In this document: positions 29,979 to 39,022 of the stretch, piece by piece
Numbering within the stretch: position 1 is the first letter of the stretch
Layout: each line of letters opens with the position of its first letter
Assembly: GCA_965248695.1 (NCBI GenBank)
Contig: CBDFKD010000002.1
Coordinates: forward strand, 3,872,001 to 3,936,000
DNA: 64,000 bases
Source: Acidobacteriota bacterium
GTDB taxonomy: Bacteria > Acidobacteriota > UBA890 > WLXD01
Direction: 5' to 3'
Made by a program: the position numbers and the translations under genes
The notes under the pieces: generated by a model
What the model was told of the DNA's origin: nothing
Databases searched by the model: none
Seen by the model: only the letters and a program-made list of their open reading frames with translations

Positions 29979-31478
29979 TCAATCCGCCAGCAAGCTCATT
30001 ACCCGGTTCCTGGATAGCAGCATCCCGACAGCCGCGATTGCGGTGGCCGCGGCGATGCCGAGATAGACGGCCAAGATGCCGAACGGCTCGGCGAGGGCTC
30101 CGATCTGCCCGGATACCCAGACGCCGACGCCGACGAACGCGATCCACACGCCCATCATCGTGCTCGAGAGCCTTTCCGGCGCCTCGCGGCTGACGAATCC
30201 CTGACCGGTCGGGAGCACAGCCATCTGTCCGAACGTGATTACCCAGTAGTAGGCCAGCGGCCAGAAGAGACTCGTCTTGACCGTGAGATCGCCTTCACGG
30301 GCTGGGAGTGTCATCGACATGATCAGAAACGCGGTCGATGTGAGGAAGAGCCCGATGGCGATCTTGGTCGGTGCGTCCAGCTTGCGACCGCGGCCCTCGA
30401 GGCGGCTCCATATGGCCAGCATGATCGGTCCGACGATGATCACGAAGAGTGCCTGTGCCGAGTGGATCCACAGCGTCGGGATCTCGAACCCGGCGATGAC
30501 ACGGTCGCTGGTGTTCTGCACGTACAGGCTGAACGAGCCGCCCCACTGCTCGAAGGCGGCGATGAATACGAAGTACGCCAGGCACAGCGAGCAGATTGCC
30601 GTGACTCGACGGCGCTCGCCGCGCGTGAGCGCAAATAGGGGTCGACCGCCGCCGGGCTGTCTCGAAGCTTCCGGAACCTTCGAGACCGGCAGCTGGACGC
30701 GGGTCAGCACAATCGCCGACAGGGCCATCATCACGCCCGTCGATGCCAGGCCCTCCACCCAGCCCATGCGGCTCGCGATGGTGCCGGAAATCAGTGCACC
30801 GATGATGAAGCCGAGCATGGCGGCCATGAACAACAGCGTGTATCCGCCCTCGCGCTTGGCGCTCGACCCCTCGTACAGAGGTCCGACCATCGCGGCCAGC
30901 GTCGGGACCTGGAGTCCGTACCCGATGATGAACACCAACAGGGAGCCATAGAACGCCAGCGTCATCGCTCCGTACGCAGCCTCGACGGCCGATTGCAGCG
31001 CGGCAGCGCCGGCGGCGCTGGTGGCCAGGCTGGCGACTGCCTCCGCGATGCGCCCGGACTGTGCCTCGTCGAGAGTCAGTCGCGCGATTGGAACCTCGGC
31101 GTCCAGCAGCACTTGCCGGACCGGCGCGTCGTAGAACGAGCCGACGAGCGCCGGGATCGTGCCGACGCCGGCAAGGACGAAGATGGGGACGGTCTGTAGC
31201 CACATGCCCAGGATCGCAGCCCGACGCTTGCCGATGAACGCGTCGGCGATCCAGCCGCCGATCAACGGCGAGGACTGGACCAGGCCGGTGAACAGCCCGT
31301 ACAGGCGTACGGCCTCGGCGCCGGTCCACCCATATCCGTAGTCTCGCGGCGTCGCGGTGATGAATAGCACCAGATGGCCGATCAAGCCGGCGTAGGCGGC
31401 GACATGCCACAGCGATACGTGCGCCAACGTGTAGATCTGGCGCGGATGATCGAAGAAACCGTCGGTACGCGGCATCAT
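29979..31478 (-). CDS. POT/PTR family proton-dependent oligopeptide transporter (copy 1)
   Basis: FFDHPR, GGWIADAFIGKRR, REGGYTLLFM, FEQWGG, TDR.IAGFEIP..W, APER. Confidence 0.85.
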   Translation of the reverse strand: MMPRTDGFFDHPRQIYTLAHVSLWHVAAYAGLIGHLVLFITATPRDYGYGWTGAEAVRLYGLFTGLVQSSPLIGGWIADAFIGKRRAAILGMWLQTVPIFVLAGVGTIPALVGSFYDAPVRQVLLDAEVPIARLTLDEAQSGRIAEAVASLATSAAGAAALQSAVEAAYGAMTLAFYGSLLVFIIGYGLQVPTLAAMVGPLYEGSSAKREGGYTLLFMAAMLGFIIGALISGTIASRMGWVEGLASTGVMMALSAIVLTRVQLPVSKVPEASRQPGGGRPLFALTRGERRRVTAICSLCLAYFVFIAAFEQWGGSFSLYVQNTSDRVIAGFEIPTLWIHSAQALFVIIVGPIMLAIWSRLEGRGRKLDAPTKIAIGLFLTSTAFLIMSMTLPAREGDLTVKTSLFWPLAYYWVITFGQMAVLPTGQGFVSREAPERLSSTMMGVWIAFVGVGVWVSGQIGALAEPFGILAVYLGIAAATAIAAVGMLLSRNRVMSLLAD

Positions 31479-31582
31479 TGCCCAGGCTAGCGGACAGGGC
31501 TTCAGAGCCGCGATACTGTGCCATGGAACTGGGTCCGAGTTGGCGAACACGACGAGGTACAACGTTGAGCAGGGAACGAGCA

Positions 31583-32923
31583 ATGGGGGTTCGAGCGGCG
31601 ATCCTGGTAGCCGGGCTCGCGCTCATGGGTGCGCATGTCGGACATCCCGCGACCGTGGCACCGACCGACTGGCCCCAGTGGCGCGGCCCCGCGGGCACGC
31701 GGGTCGCCGACGGGATCGCGCTACCGGTGTCCTGGAGTGATGACGAGAACGTCGCCTGGAAGGTGCCCCTGCGCGGCCTGGGGGTCTCCTCGCCGATCGT
31801 CTGGGGCGATCAGGTGTTCGTTACCTATCAGGTCGGGCGTGTACCGCGTCGGGGCGGCTCGCATCCGACGCTGTCACGGGGCGACGCCGGTAGCGGCGAC
31901 CTCTTGATGAGAGAAGCCTCGGGGGAAGTCGGTAGCCGTGTTTCCTTCGTCGTGGCGTCGTTCCATCGGCACGACGGGCGGCTGCTATGGGAGCGCCAGA
32001 TCGATGCCGGGGGGCGCCTGTTCCCAGTGCACGACAAGCACAACCTGGCGAGCCCTAGTCCGGTGACCGACGGTGAGCGCGTGTACGCCTGGTTCGGCAC
32101 CGGACAGATCGTTGCCTTGAGCATGAGCGGCGAGCAGGTCTGGCAGCGAGCCCTCGCCGAAGGTGGCGATAGCTTCAACATCGGCTGGGGGCACGCTAGC
32201 TCTCCGACGCTCTATGGCGACTCGCTCATCCTGCAGTGCGACCACGGTCCGAGCGCCTACCTGCTGTGGCTCGAGGCGCACACGGGCGAGGAGCAGCGTC
32301 GGGTGCGGCGTTCCTCATCGACCACGTCGTACAGCACGCCCTCCGTTGTCCCGGGGCCCGATGGCGACGAGCTCATCGTCAACGCCAGCCAGCGATTGGA
32401 AGCCTACGATCCGACCAGCGGCGAGCTGCTCTGGCACACGGGCGCCAACAACAGCTTTCCGATCGGCGTGCCGACATACGCCGACGGCGTCCTGTACACC
32501 AGCCGCGGCCACCGAAGCGGCCCCTATATGGCGATTCGGACGGGCGGCCGCGGCGATATCACCGACAGCCACGTGCTCTGGCGTGTTGCCACCGGGGCGC
32601 CGTATGTGTCGTCGGTGCTGCTGTACCGCGGACGTGTCTACATGTCGAACGGCAGCGGCATCGTCAGTGCCGTCGAGGCGGCAACCGGCGAGCGCATCTG
32701 GCAAGAGCGAGTCGGCGGGGTTTTCTCCGCCTCGCCGGTAGCGGGCGACGGCAAGGTATATTTCGTCAGTGAGGCGGGCGAGACGGTCGTGGTGGCCGCG
32801 GGCGAAGCTCCGCGCGTGCTGAGCCGAAATCCGCTCGACGCGCGCGTCATTGCGTCACCCGCGATCTCCAATGGCCAGATCTTCATTCGCGCCGACCGAC
32901 ACTTGATCGCGGTCGGCAACTGA
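31583..32923 (+). CDS. Secreted PQQ-binding-like beta-propeller repeat protein
   Basis: DWPQWRGP, NVAWK, SSPIVWGD, ASPSPVTDG, YSTP, SASPVAGDG. Confidence 0.85.
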   Translation: MGVRAAILVAGLALMGAHVGHPATVAPTDWPQWRGPAGTRVADGIALPVSWSDDENVAWKVPLRGLGVSSPIVWGDQVFVTYQVGRVPRRGGSHPTLSRGDAGSGDLLMREASGEVGSRVSFVVASFHRHDGRLLWERQIDAGGRLFPVHDKHNLASPSPVTDGERVYAWFGTGQIVALSMSGEQVWQRALAEGGDSFNIGWGHASSPTLYGDSLILQCDHGPSAYLLWLEAHTGEEQRRVRRSSSTTSYSTPSVVPGPDGDELIVNASQRLEAYDPTSGELLWHTGANNSFPIGVPTYADGVLYTSRGHRSGPYMAIRTGGRGDITDSHVLWRVATGAPYVSSVLLYRGRVYMSNGSGIVSAVEAATGERIWQERVGGVFSASPVAGDGKVYFVSEAGETVVVAAGEAPRVLSRNPLDARVIASPAISNGQIFIRADRHLIAVGN

Positions 32924-33023
32924 CCGCGATCGGCGGCCGATCGCCCTCGCGTATCCGGCTTTTTCCCGCCGCGCGGCCCGTGTAATGTCTGCTGCCGTCA
33001 TTCCCTCGACTCGTGAGAAAGCC

Positions 33024-33364
33024 ATGTCGAACGAGCTGCGTGTTCCTGAACAGATCGCTCCACTCCATTTCCACAACGCGGCCCCGACGCCGTTCTTCGA
33101 GTGTCATTAGCGGTGTGCCAGGGCGGCAATCCGGTCGGTACCATCACGACCGGCGCCTGGTCACCGTACCTGGGTCACGGCACCGGCTACGTCCGGTTCA
33201 AGGAACCCGGTGGTTGGCTCGGCGCCACGGTGTCGGTGTCGGACGACGACGGGCAGATGCACGATGCCGAGGTGGTGGCGTTGCCGTTCTACGACCCTGA
33301 AAAGAAGATCTCCCGGGGGCTCGACACGAGAGTCCCGGCCGGACCGATTGCGGCCGAGGCCTAG
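33024..33364 (+). pseudogene. Aminomethyltransferase paralogue with a large internal deletion
   Basis: ATG 33024 gives MSNELRVPEQ...APTPFFECH* (compare ARTPFFPC in the neighbouring gene), joined directly to C-terminal GAWSPYLGHGTG...LPFYDPEKKISRGLD. Confidence 0.78.
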
Positions 33365-33451
33365 CCGGCCGACCTTTGCGTACGACGTTCGCCGCTTGCA
33401 CCGTCGGGGACGCGTGCAGGCGCGGCCGACAACCATGAGCAGTGAGGAATC

Positions 33452-34639
33452 ATGAACGACCAGGACCGTGCCACCCGAGCCGACCCGCAGCACCTCGAAC
33501 CTGATATCAAGGTGATGGAATGGGGGTTCGCGCGCACGCCGTTCTTCCCGTGCACTTCCACCCCGGACACCGTCTACAGCGTCTACAGCGGCCGTCTCGC
33601 CATCGAGGCGATGGGCGACGATCCGGTAGCCAACTACTGGAAGCTACGGCGCGAGGCGGTGCTGTACGACGTGCCGGAGCACCCGATCGAGATTTCCGGG
33701 CCCGATGCAGAACGCCTGCTGAACCGGGTGTTCGTGCGCGATATTTCCAAGCTGAGGCCGGGACGCGCTAGCTACGGCATCGCCTGTTACCCCGATGGCG
33801 GCATCATGATGGACGGCGTGCTCATGCGACTCGCCGAGGATCGGTTCTGGTATGTCCTGGCGAACGGCGAGTTCTTCAGCTGGGTGATGGCACTTGGCCT
33901 CGAGATGGACGTGACCGTCAGCGACCCGGACTCGTGGGTGCTGCAGGTGCAGGGCCCGCGATCGCTCGAGGTGCTGGATACTGCGTGCGACGGTGGCGCG
34001 CCGGATCCATTCAAGTTCTTCGCCGTCACCGAGTGCACCATGGGCGGACAGCCGCTTTGGCTATCGCGCACTGGCTGGACGGGTGAGCTCGGCTGGGAGG
34101 TGTACACGATCGAGCCCGACGTCGATGGGCCGGCTTTGTGGAACCACATCCTCGAGGCCGGCAAGTCGTTCGACATGGTCGGTACGGCAATGGACTCGAT
34201 GGAGAGCCGCCGCATCGAGGCCGGCATTCTCAGCAACGGCAACGACATGACCCCGGCGCACAACCCGTTCCAGGCCGGCCTCGGCAAGTTCGTCGATATG
34301 GATAAGGAAGACTTCATCGGCAAGCAGGCGCTCGAGACTGCCGATCGAGGCTTGTTGCTCTATGGCATCAAGAGCTTGCAGGCAGCACCCTCCGGGGAGA
34401 TGGCGGTCGAGGGTCGGCGGGTCGGTCGGGTAATGGTCGGTGCCTGGTCGCCCTATCTGCAGCACGGCATAGGCTTCGCGATGTTCGACGAGCCGGGGGA
34501 ATGGCCTGGCACACAGGTCGAGGTGCAGGATCCGCAGGGCGCTTTCCAGGTCGGGGAGATCGTCATGCTGCCGTTCTATGACGCCGACAAGCAGATCCCG
34601 CGCGGTCTCGACCGGAGTATTCCGGAGGTACCGAGCTAG
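33452..34639 (+). CDS. GcvT/DmdA-like aminomethyltransferase (THF-dependent demethylase)
   Basis: YWKLR.EAVLYDVPE.PIEISGPDA, LQVQGP, SRTGWTGELGWE, RRIEAG, LPFYD. Confidence 0.88.
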   Translation: MNDQDRATRADPQHLEPDIKVMEWGFARTPFFPCTSTPDTVYSVYSGRLAIEAMGDDPVANYWKLRREAVLYDVPEHPIEISGPDAERLLNRVFVRDISKLRPGRASYGIACYPDGGIMMDGVLMRLAEDRFWYVLANGEFFSWVMALGLEMDVTVSDPDSWVLQVQGPRSLEVLDTACDGGAPDPFKFFAVTECTMGGQPLWLSRTGWTGELGWEVYTIEPDVDGPALWNHILEAGKSFDMVGTAMDSMESRRIEAGILSNGNDMTPAHNPFQAGLGKFVDMDKEDFIGKQALETADRGLLLYGIKSLQAAPSGEMAVEGRRVGRVMVGAWSPYLQHGIGFAMFDEPGEWPGTQVEVQDPQGAFQVGEIVMLPFYDADKQIPRGLDRSIPEVPS

Positions 34640-36144
34640 TCGGGTTCCACCCCCTCGTCCAGCAGTGCCATCAGGGGTTTCTTGACGGCGAACATCGCCA
34701 CCGCAACGAGTCCGCAGCCGACGGCGATCCCGCCGAACACCGCCAGTTCCCCGATCGATTGCGCCAACGCTCCCACCTGACCCGAGAGCCAGATCCCGAT
34801 CCCGCCGAGAAGCAGCCAGAGACCCATCATCGTGCCTGCCAGCCGCTCCGGTGCCTCGGCGCTGATGAACCCCAGCCCGATCGGAATGACCGCCAGCTGC
34901 CCGACGGTGACGATCCAGTAGTAGATCAGGGGCCAGAACAGATGCGTCTGCGTGCCAGGATTCAGTGCATGCTGAGACGCGGCGAAGGCCATACAGACGA
35001 AAGCGAGCGCGGTCATCAGCATTCCGATGGCCATCTTGCTCGGCGCCGAAACAGCTCCCCGTCGGTTCGAGGCCAGCTTCCACGTCCAGATCATGACCGG
35101 CCCCAACAGGATCACGAACAGCGACTGGGCGGAGTGGATCCACAGGGTCGGAACCTCGAACCCCCCAACCGTGCGGTCGGTCTTGTTTTCGACATAGAGG
35201 CTGAACAAGCCGCCCCATTGATCGAAGGCCACGAGGAAGAACAGGTAGCACATCGACAGCACCGCGATCGCGAGCACGCGATTCCGCTCAGGAGGCGTGA
35301 GCGCGAGCGAAAACGACTTTCGTTCGGCGGTCTCCGTCAAGGCTGGCCCCCCGTTCGACTCGAACGAAGCAACCAGCCGTAGCAACGCGGCGAACGCGGC
35401 AGCGGCCATGAAGGCCGTCGACAGCAGGGCCGCTCGCCAGCCAAATCGGGTCAAGAGGCCGCCGGCGATGAGCGCGCCGACGATGAACCCGAGGTTGAGC
35501 GCCATGAAAAACAGCGTGTACCCGGTTTCTCGTCGCGCCGGCTCGTCGGCGTACAGTACGCCGACGAGTGCGTACAGGCTGGGCATCAGCAGGCTATAGC
35601 TCCAGGCGAACAGCGCGATGCTCAGATAGAACGCGACGGTTGTGAGTCGGTAGGCCCGCCGAACCGCAAGCCGCAACGTCTCGTTCGCTTCGGCGGCGCC
35701 CAGCACCCGCTCCAGTCGTGCGTCCTCCTCCGAGCCCAGGCTGATTCTTCCAAGCGATACGTCGGCCTCGATGAGCACCTCCCGAACCGGGGCGTCGTAT
35801 ACGAAGCCCACAAGCTCGGGAATCGAGCTCGCGGCGCTGAACAACAGGATGGCGATCGTTCCGCCGGCCAGTCCCAGAATCGCGGCCCGTCGTTTACCGG
35901 TGAAGACGTCCGCGACCCAGCCGCCGATCATCGGCGCCAGGTGCACCACACCGCCAAAAAGGCCGTAGAGGCGGATCGCTTCGGCGCCCGACCAACCGAA
36001 ACCGTAGTCAAGCGGCGGGGTGGTCAGGAACAGGACGAGGTGTCCGATGATGCCGGCGTAGGCCGCGACGTACCACAGAGCGATGAACGACAAGACGAAG
36101 AGGACGCGCGGGTGGCCATAGAAAACCGTCTTGTCAGCGGTCAC
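34636..36144 (-). CDS. POT/PTR family transporter (copy 2), coupled to the selenoprotein gene
   Basis: FYGHPR, GGWVADVFTGKRR, RETGYTLFFMALNLG, FDQWGG; its GTG shares base 36144 with the upstream TAG. Confidence 0.85.
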   Translation of the reverse strand: MTADKTVFYGHPRVLFVLSFIALWYVAAYAGIIGHLVLFLTTPPLDYGFGWSGAEAIRLYGLFGGVVHLAPMIGGWVADVFTGKRRAAILGLAGGTIAILLFSAASSIPELVGFVYDAPVREVLIEADVSLGRISLGSEEDARLERVLGAAEANETLRLAVRRAYRLTTVAFYLSIALFAWSYSLLMPSLYALVGVLYADEPARRETGYTLFFMALNLGFIVGALIAGGLLTRFGWRAALLSTAFMAAAAFAALLRLVASFESNGGPALTETAERKSFSLALTPPERNRVLAIAVLSMCYLFFLVAFDQWGGLFSLYVENKTDRTVGGFEVPTLWIHSAQSLFVILLGPVMIWTWKLASNRRGAVSAPSKMAIGMLMTALAFVCMAFAASQHALNPGTQTHLFWPLIYYWIVTVGQLAVIPIGLGFISAEAPERLAGTMMGLWLLLGGIGIWLSGQVGALAQSIGELAVFGGIAVGCGLVAVAMFAVKKPLMALLDEGVEPD

Positions 36145-37061
36145 TAACCGGAGGCCTGACCCGTTGACCCCGGCGTCTCACCGACGCACACGGCGCACGA
36201 CGGGTCGTTGGACTCGGCGAGAGCGCGATCTTCCTCGCTCTGGTACTGCGGGGTGTCGTGGCGTGGCAACCGCTGGTCGGCGCCGCGCTCGGCGGTTTCC
36301 TTCCACGCCTCGTCGTCGGTCCACTTGAACGGCAGCGTGACCGTGCCCGGTTCGCTCAGCGCCGTCAGGCCGGCGAGCGCGCTGGTGAGGATCTCGCGTT
36401 GCAGCTCCGGCTCACCCGGTTTTCCGGCGGTGTGCCCGAGTGGGTAGTCGAGGAAGGCGATGCGTGGCGGCCTGGTGGCCTGGATGATGTCGAGCGCGCT
36501 CGCCATGCACAGCGTGGAGATCCCGGCCGCCTCGATCTCCCGTGCGATCAGTCCGACGGACTGATGGCAAACCGGTCAGACGGGCACCAGCAGCGCCACG
36601 TCGACCTGGTTGGCGACGAGGCGCCGGGCCAGTTCGGGCGCGACCTCATCGCGTGCCCTTCGTGACGAGTAGATGCCGCCCATGAAGGTGTACGCGTTGT
36701 CGGCCAGCGCGCCGACAACGCCGTCCTCCACCAACCCTCGTAGCGTATCGATCGGGAAGACCACGTTCGGATCACGGCGCGCCGGGTCGAGATCGTAGGA
36801 AAAGTGTGTGGCGCGGAGATCCGCCGTGTCGACGTCCGTCGGAATCGTGCGGAACGAGACGTCGTCCTTGTAGTGGAAGGCGCGCTGGCCGGCAATGTAG
36901 ACGCCGCCGGAGGCGATCAATCCGAGGCGGCACTCCGACAGCGGCTTCTCGAGCGGTTGCCAGGGTGGAGGGTCTTCGACGCGGGTCCACTCGTAGATGC
37001 CGTAGCCGAGGGCAGCGTATTTCTCCCCGATGCGTGTTATGTACTCGATCGGCTCACTCAT
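36144..37061 (-). CDS. Selenoprotein, glycine/sarcosine/betaine/D-proline reductase B family (PrdB-like), 305 aa with Sec at TGA 36578-36576
   Basis: Track ORFs 36576..37325 and 36144..36506 are in one frame; read-through gives LLVPV-U-PVCHQSVGLIAREIEAAGISTL; family motifs KPLSECRLGLIASGG, D.SFR.IP, DPNVVFPID, PPR...YPLG; SECIS-like hairpin follows the TGA. Confidence 0.88.
36543..36569 (-). promoter_or_regulatory. Bacterial SECIS-like stem-loop
   Basis: mRNA reads UGA ccgguu UGC c AUCAGUCC GUC GGACUGAU c GCA: perfect 8-bp stem plus 3-bp lower stem; the loop begins with G, 18 nt after the UGA. Confidence 0.78.
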
Positions 37062-37149
37062 CCGCGCGGCTCCAAGGCGGAGGACCGAAGCGTCACATGA
37101 AACGCGCCGCAAACCCCGCCGGTCGACGACTGCCCAGCGAGCGTATCGC

Positions 37150-38976
37150 ATGAAGCGCGTGAGAGGGGCAGTGTTGTTTGTCGCCACATTGGTGTTGTGC
37201 CCGAGCCACGGCCTGGCATCGTCGCCGGCGGTGACCGCGAGATCATCGGCACAGCGACACTCCGTGGTGGTCGCCAGGAACGTCGAGGCGGCGATGCGGG
37301 ATGGCACCGTACTGCGCGCCGACATCTACCGTCCCGATGCGCCGGGACGATTCCCGGCGCTGTTGCGCCGTACGCCGTACTCCAAGAACAGCGACGGATC
37401 GGCAGCGCGCTTTCGGCGGTTGAGTACGCACGGTTATGTCGTTGTGGTGCAGGATACCCGGGGTCGCTACGCCTCGGACGGAGTCGCGGTGCCGCACGAC
37501 GAGGCGACGGATGGTTACGACAGCATCGAATGGGTGGCGGCGTTGCCGTACGTCGACGGCAAGGTCGGCATGTACGGTGGCAGCTACCTGGCGACGACCC
37601 AGCTGATGGCCGCATCGCTGGCGCCGCCACACCTGACCGCGATCGCGCCGAGCTCGTCGTACTCGAGCCGCCACGACATGGTCTTTCAGGGTGGCGCCTT
37701 CTACCTGTCGGACGGGATGTACTGGAACCTGGGGCAAGCGGCGGACGTCCGTCGCCGGGCGGCCGGCGCGTCGTTCGAGGATCGCGACGGTCCGATCGGA
37801 TTGACCGGCGAAGAGCGTCGCAAGGTGCGCGAGGAGCTCCTCTGGCAGGTACCGCTGGCGTCGATGGGGGCGCTGGGCATCAAGGATCTCGCGCCCGGCT
37901 ATTTCCAGATGCTCGCTCACCCGAGCTACGACACGTTCTGGGAAACCTACGACATCGCCCGTCGCCATGGCAGCTTCGAGACTCCGGCCCTGCATGTTAC
38001 CGGCTGGTACGACACCCTGCTGCGCGGGACGCTGGAGAACTTCAGTGGGTTGCGTGCCAACGCCCGGACTCTGCGGGCCCGGGACGGTCAGCGGCTCGTG
38101 GTTGGCCCCTGGACCCATTCGGGGCCGACAATCGAGAGCACCAGCATCGGCGAGGTCGAGTTCGGTCCGGACGCCGGGATCGACTATGAGCAGCTGCTGC
38201 TGCGCTGGTACGACCATTGGCTCCGCGACGGTGATGCATCGGTTGTGGACGCGGCGCCGGTACGCATCTTCGTGATGGGGACCAATCGCTGGCGCGACGA
38301 AGCCGAATGGCCGCTGTCGCGGGCACGACCAGCGCGCTACTATCTTCACAGCGGCGGCGATGCGGCCGAGCGCGCTGATGACGGAGTGTTGAGCACCGAA
38401 CCCCCGGCTGAGGAGCCTCCGGATCGGTATGTCTACGATCCCTCCGATCCGGTGCCCACCGGTGCCGCCGGCGGATATTCGCGCGCGCCGGCGGACGCCT
38501 CGGCGATCGAGACGCGACCCGACGTGCTCGTATACACCAGCGCCGCGCTCGAACAGGATCTCGAGGTGACCGGCTATATCGAGCTTGTGCTCTGGATATC
38601 GTCATCGGCGCCGGATACCGACTTCACTGGCAAGCTCATCGACGTGGCCCCCGATGGGACCGCGCGGACGCTCACCGACGGTATCGCCCGGGCTCGTTAT
38701 CGCGATGGCAAGACGAGCCCGGAGCTGCTCTCGCCGGGCGTACCGGCGCGGCTGGCTATCGACCTGCTTGCCACCAGCAACGTTTTTCTCCGCGGCCACC
38801 GGATCCGGCTGGAGATCTCCAGCAGCAACTTTCCGCGATTCGATCGCAACCCCAATACCGGTGCTCCGTTTGGCACCGACGGCGAGTTGCGAAGCGCGAC
38901 GCAGAGCGTTTTTCACGATAGACAGCGAGCGTCCTACCTGCAGCTGCCGGTAGTGCCTAGCGACGAGTCCGGCTAG
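37150..38976 (+). CDS. Secreted CocE/NonD family hydrolase
   Basis: Signal peptide from ATG 37150; MRDGTVLRADIYRP, RTPY, QDTRGRYASDG, GMYGGSY, GWYD, GPWTH, SSSNFPRFDRNPNTG. Confidence 0.92.
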   Translation: MKRVRGAVLFVATLVLCPSHGLASSPAVTARSSAQRHSVVVARNVEAAMRDGTVLRADIYRPDAPGRFPALLRRTPYSKNSDGSAARFRRLSTHGYVVVVQDTRGRYASDGVAVPHDEATDGYDSIEWVAALPYVDGKVGMYGGSYLATTQLMAASLAPPHLTAIAPSSSYSSRHDMVFQGGAFYLSDGMYWNLGQAADVRRRAAGASFEDRDGPIGLTGEERRKVREELLWQVPLASMGALGIKDLAPGYFQMLAHPSYDTFWETYDIARRHGSFETPALHVTGWYDTLLRGTLENFSGLRANARTLRARDGQRLVVGPWTHSGPTIESTSIGEVEFGPDAGIDYEQLLLRWYDHWLRDGDASVVDAAPVRIFVMGTNRWRDEAEWPLSRARPARYYLHSGGDAAERADDGVLSTEPPAEEPPDRYVYDPSDPVPTGAAGGYSRAPADASAIETRPDVLVYTSAALEQDLEVTGYIELVLWISSSAPDTDFTGKLIDVAPDGTARTLTDGIARARYRDGKTSPELLSPGVPARLAIDLLATSNVFLRGHRIRLEISSSNFPRFDRNPNTGAPFGTDGELRSATQSVFHDRQRASYLQLPVVPSDESG

Positions 38977-39022
38977 TGTTTCGGGCAGGGTCGGCCCAAC
39001 TGATTCCGGAGATGCGGAAACG

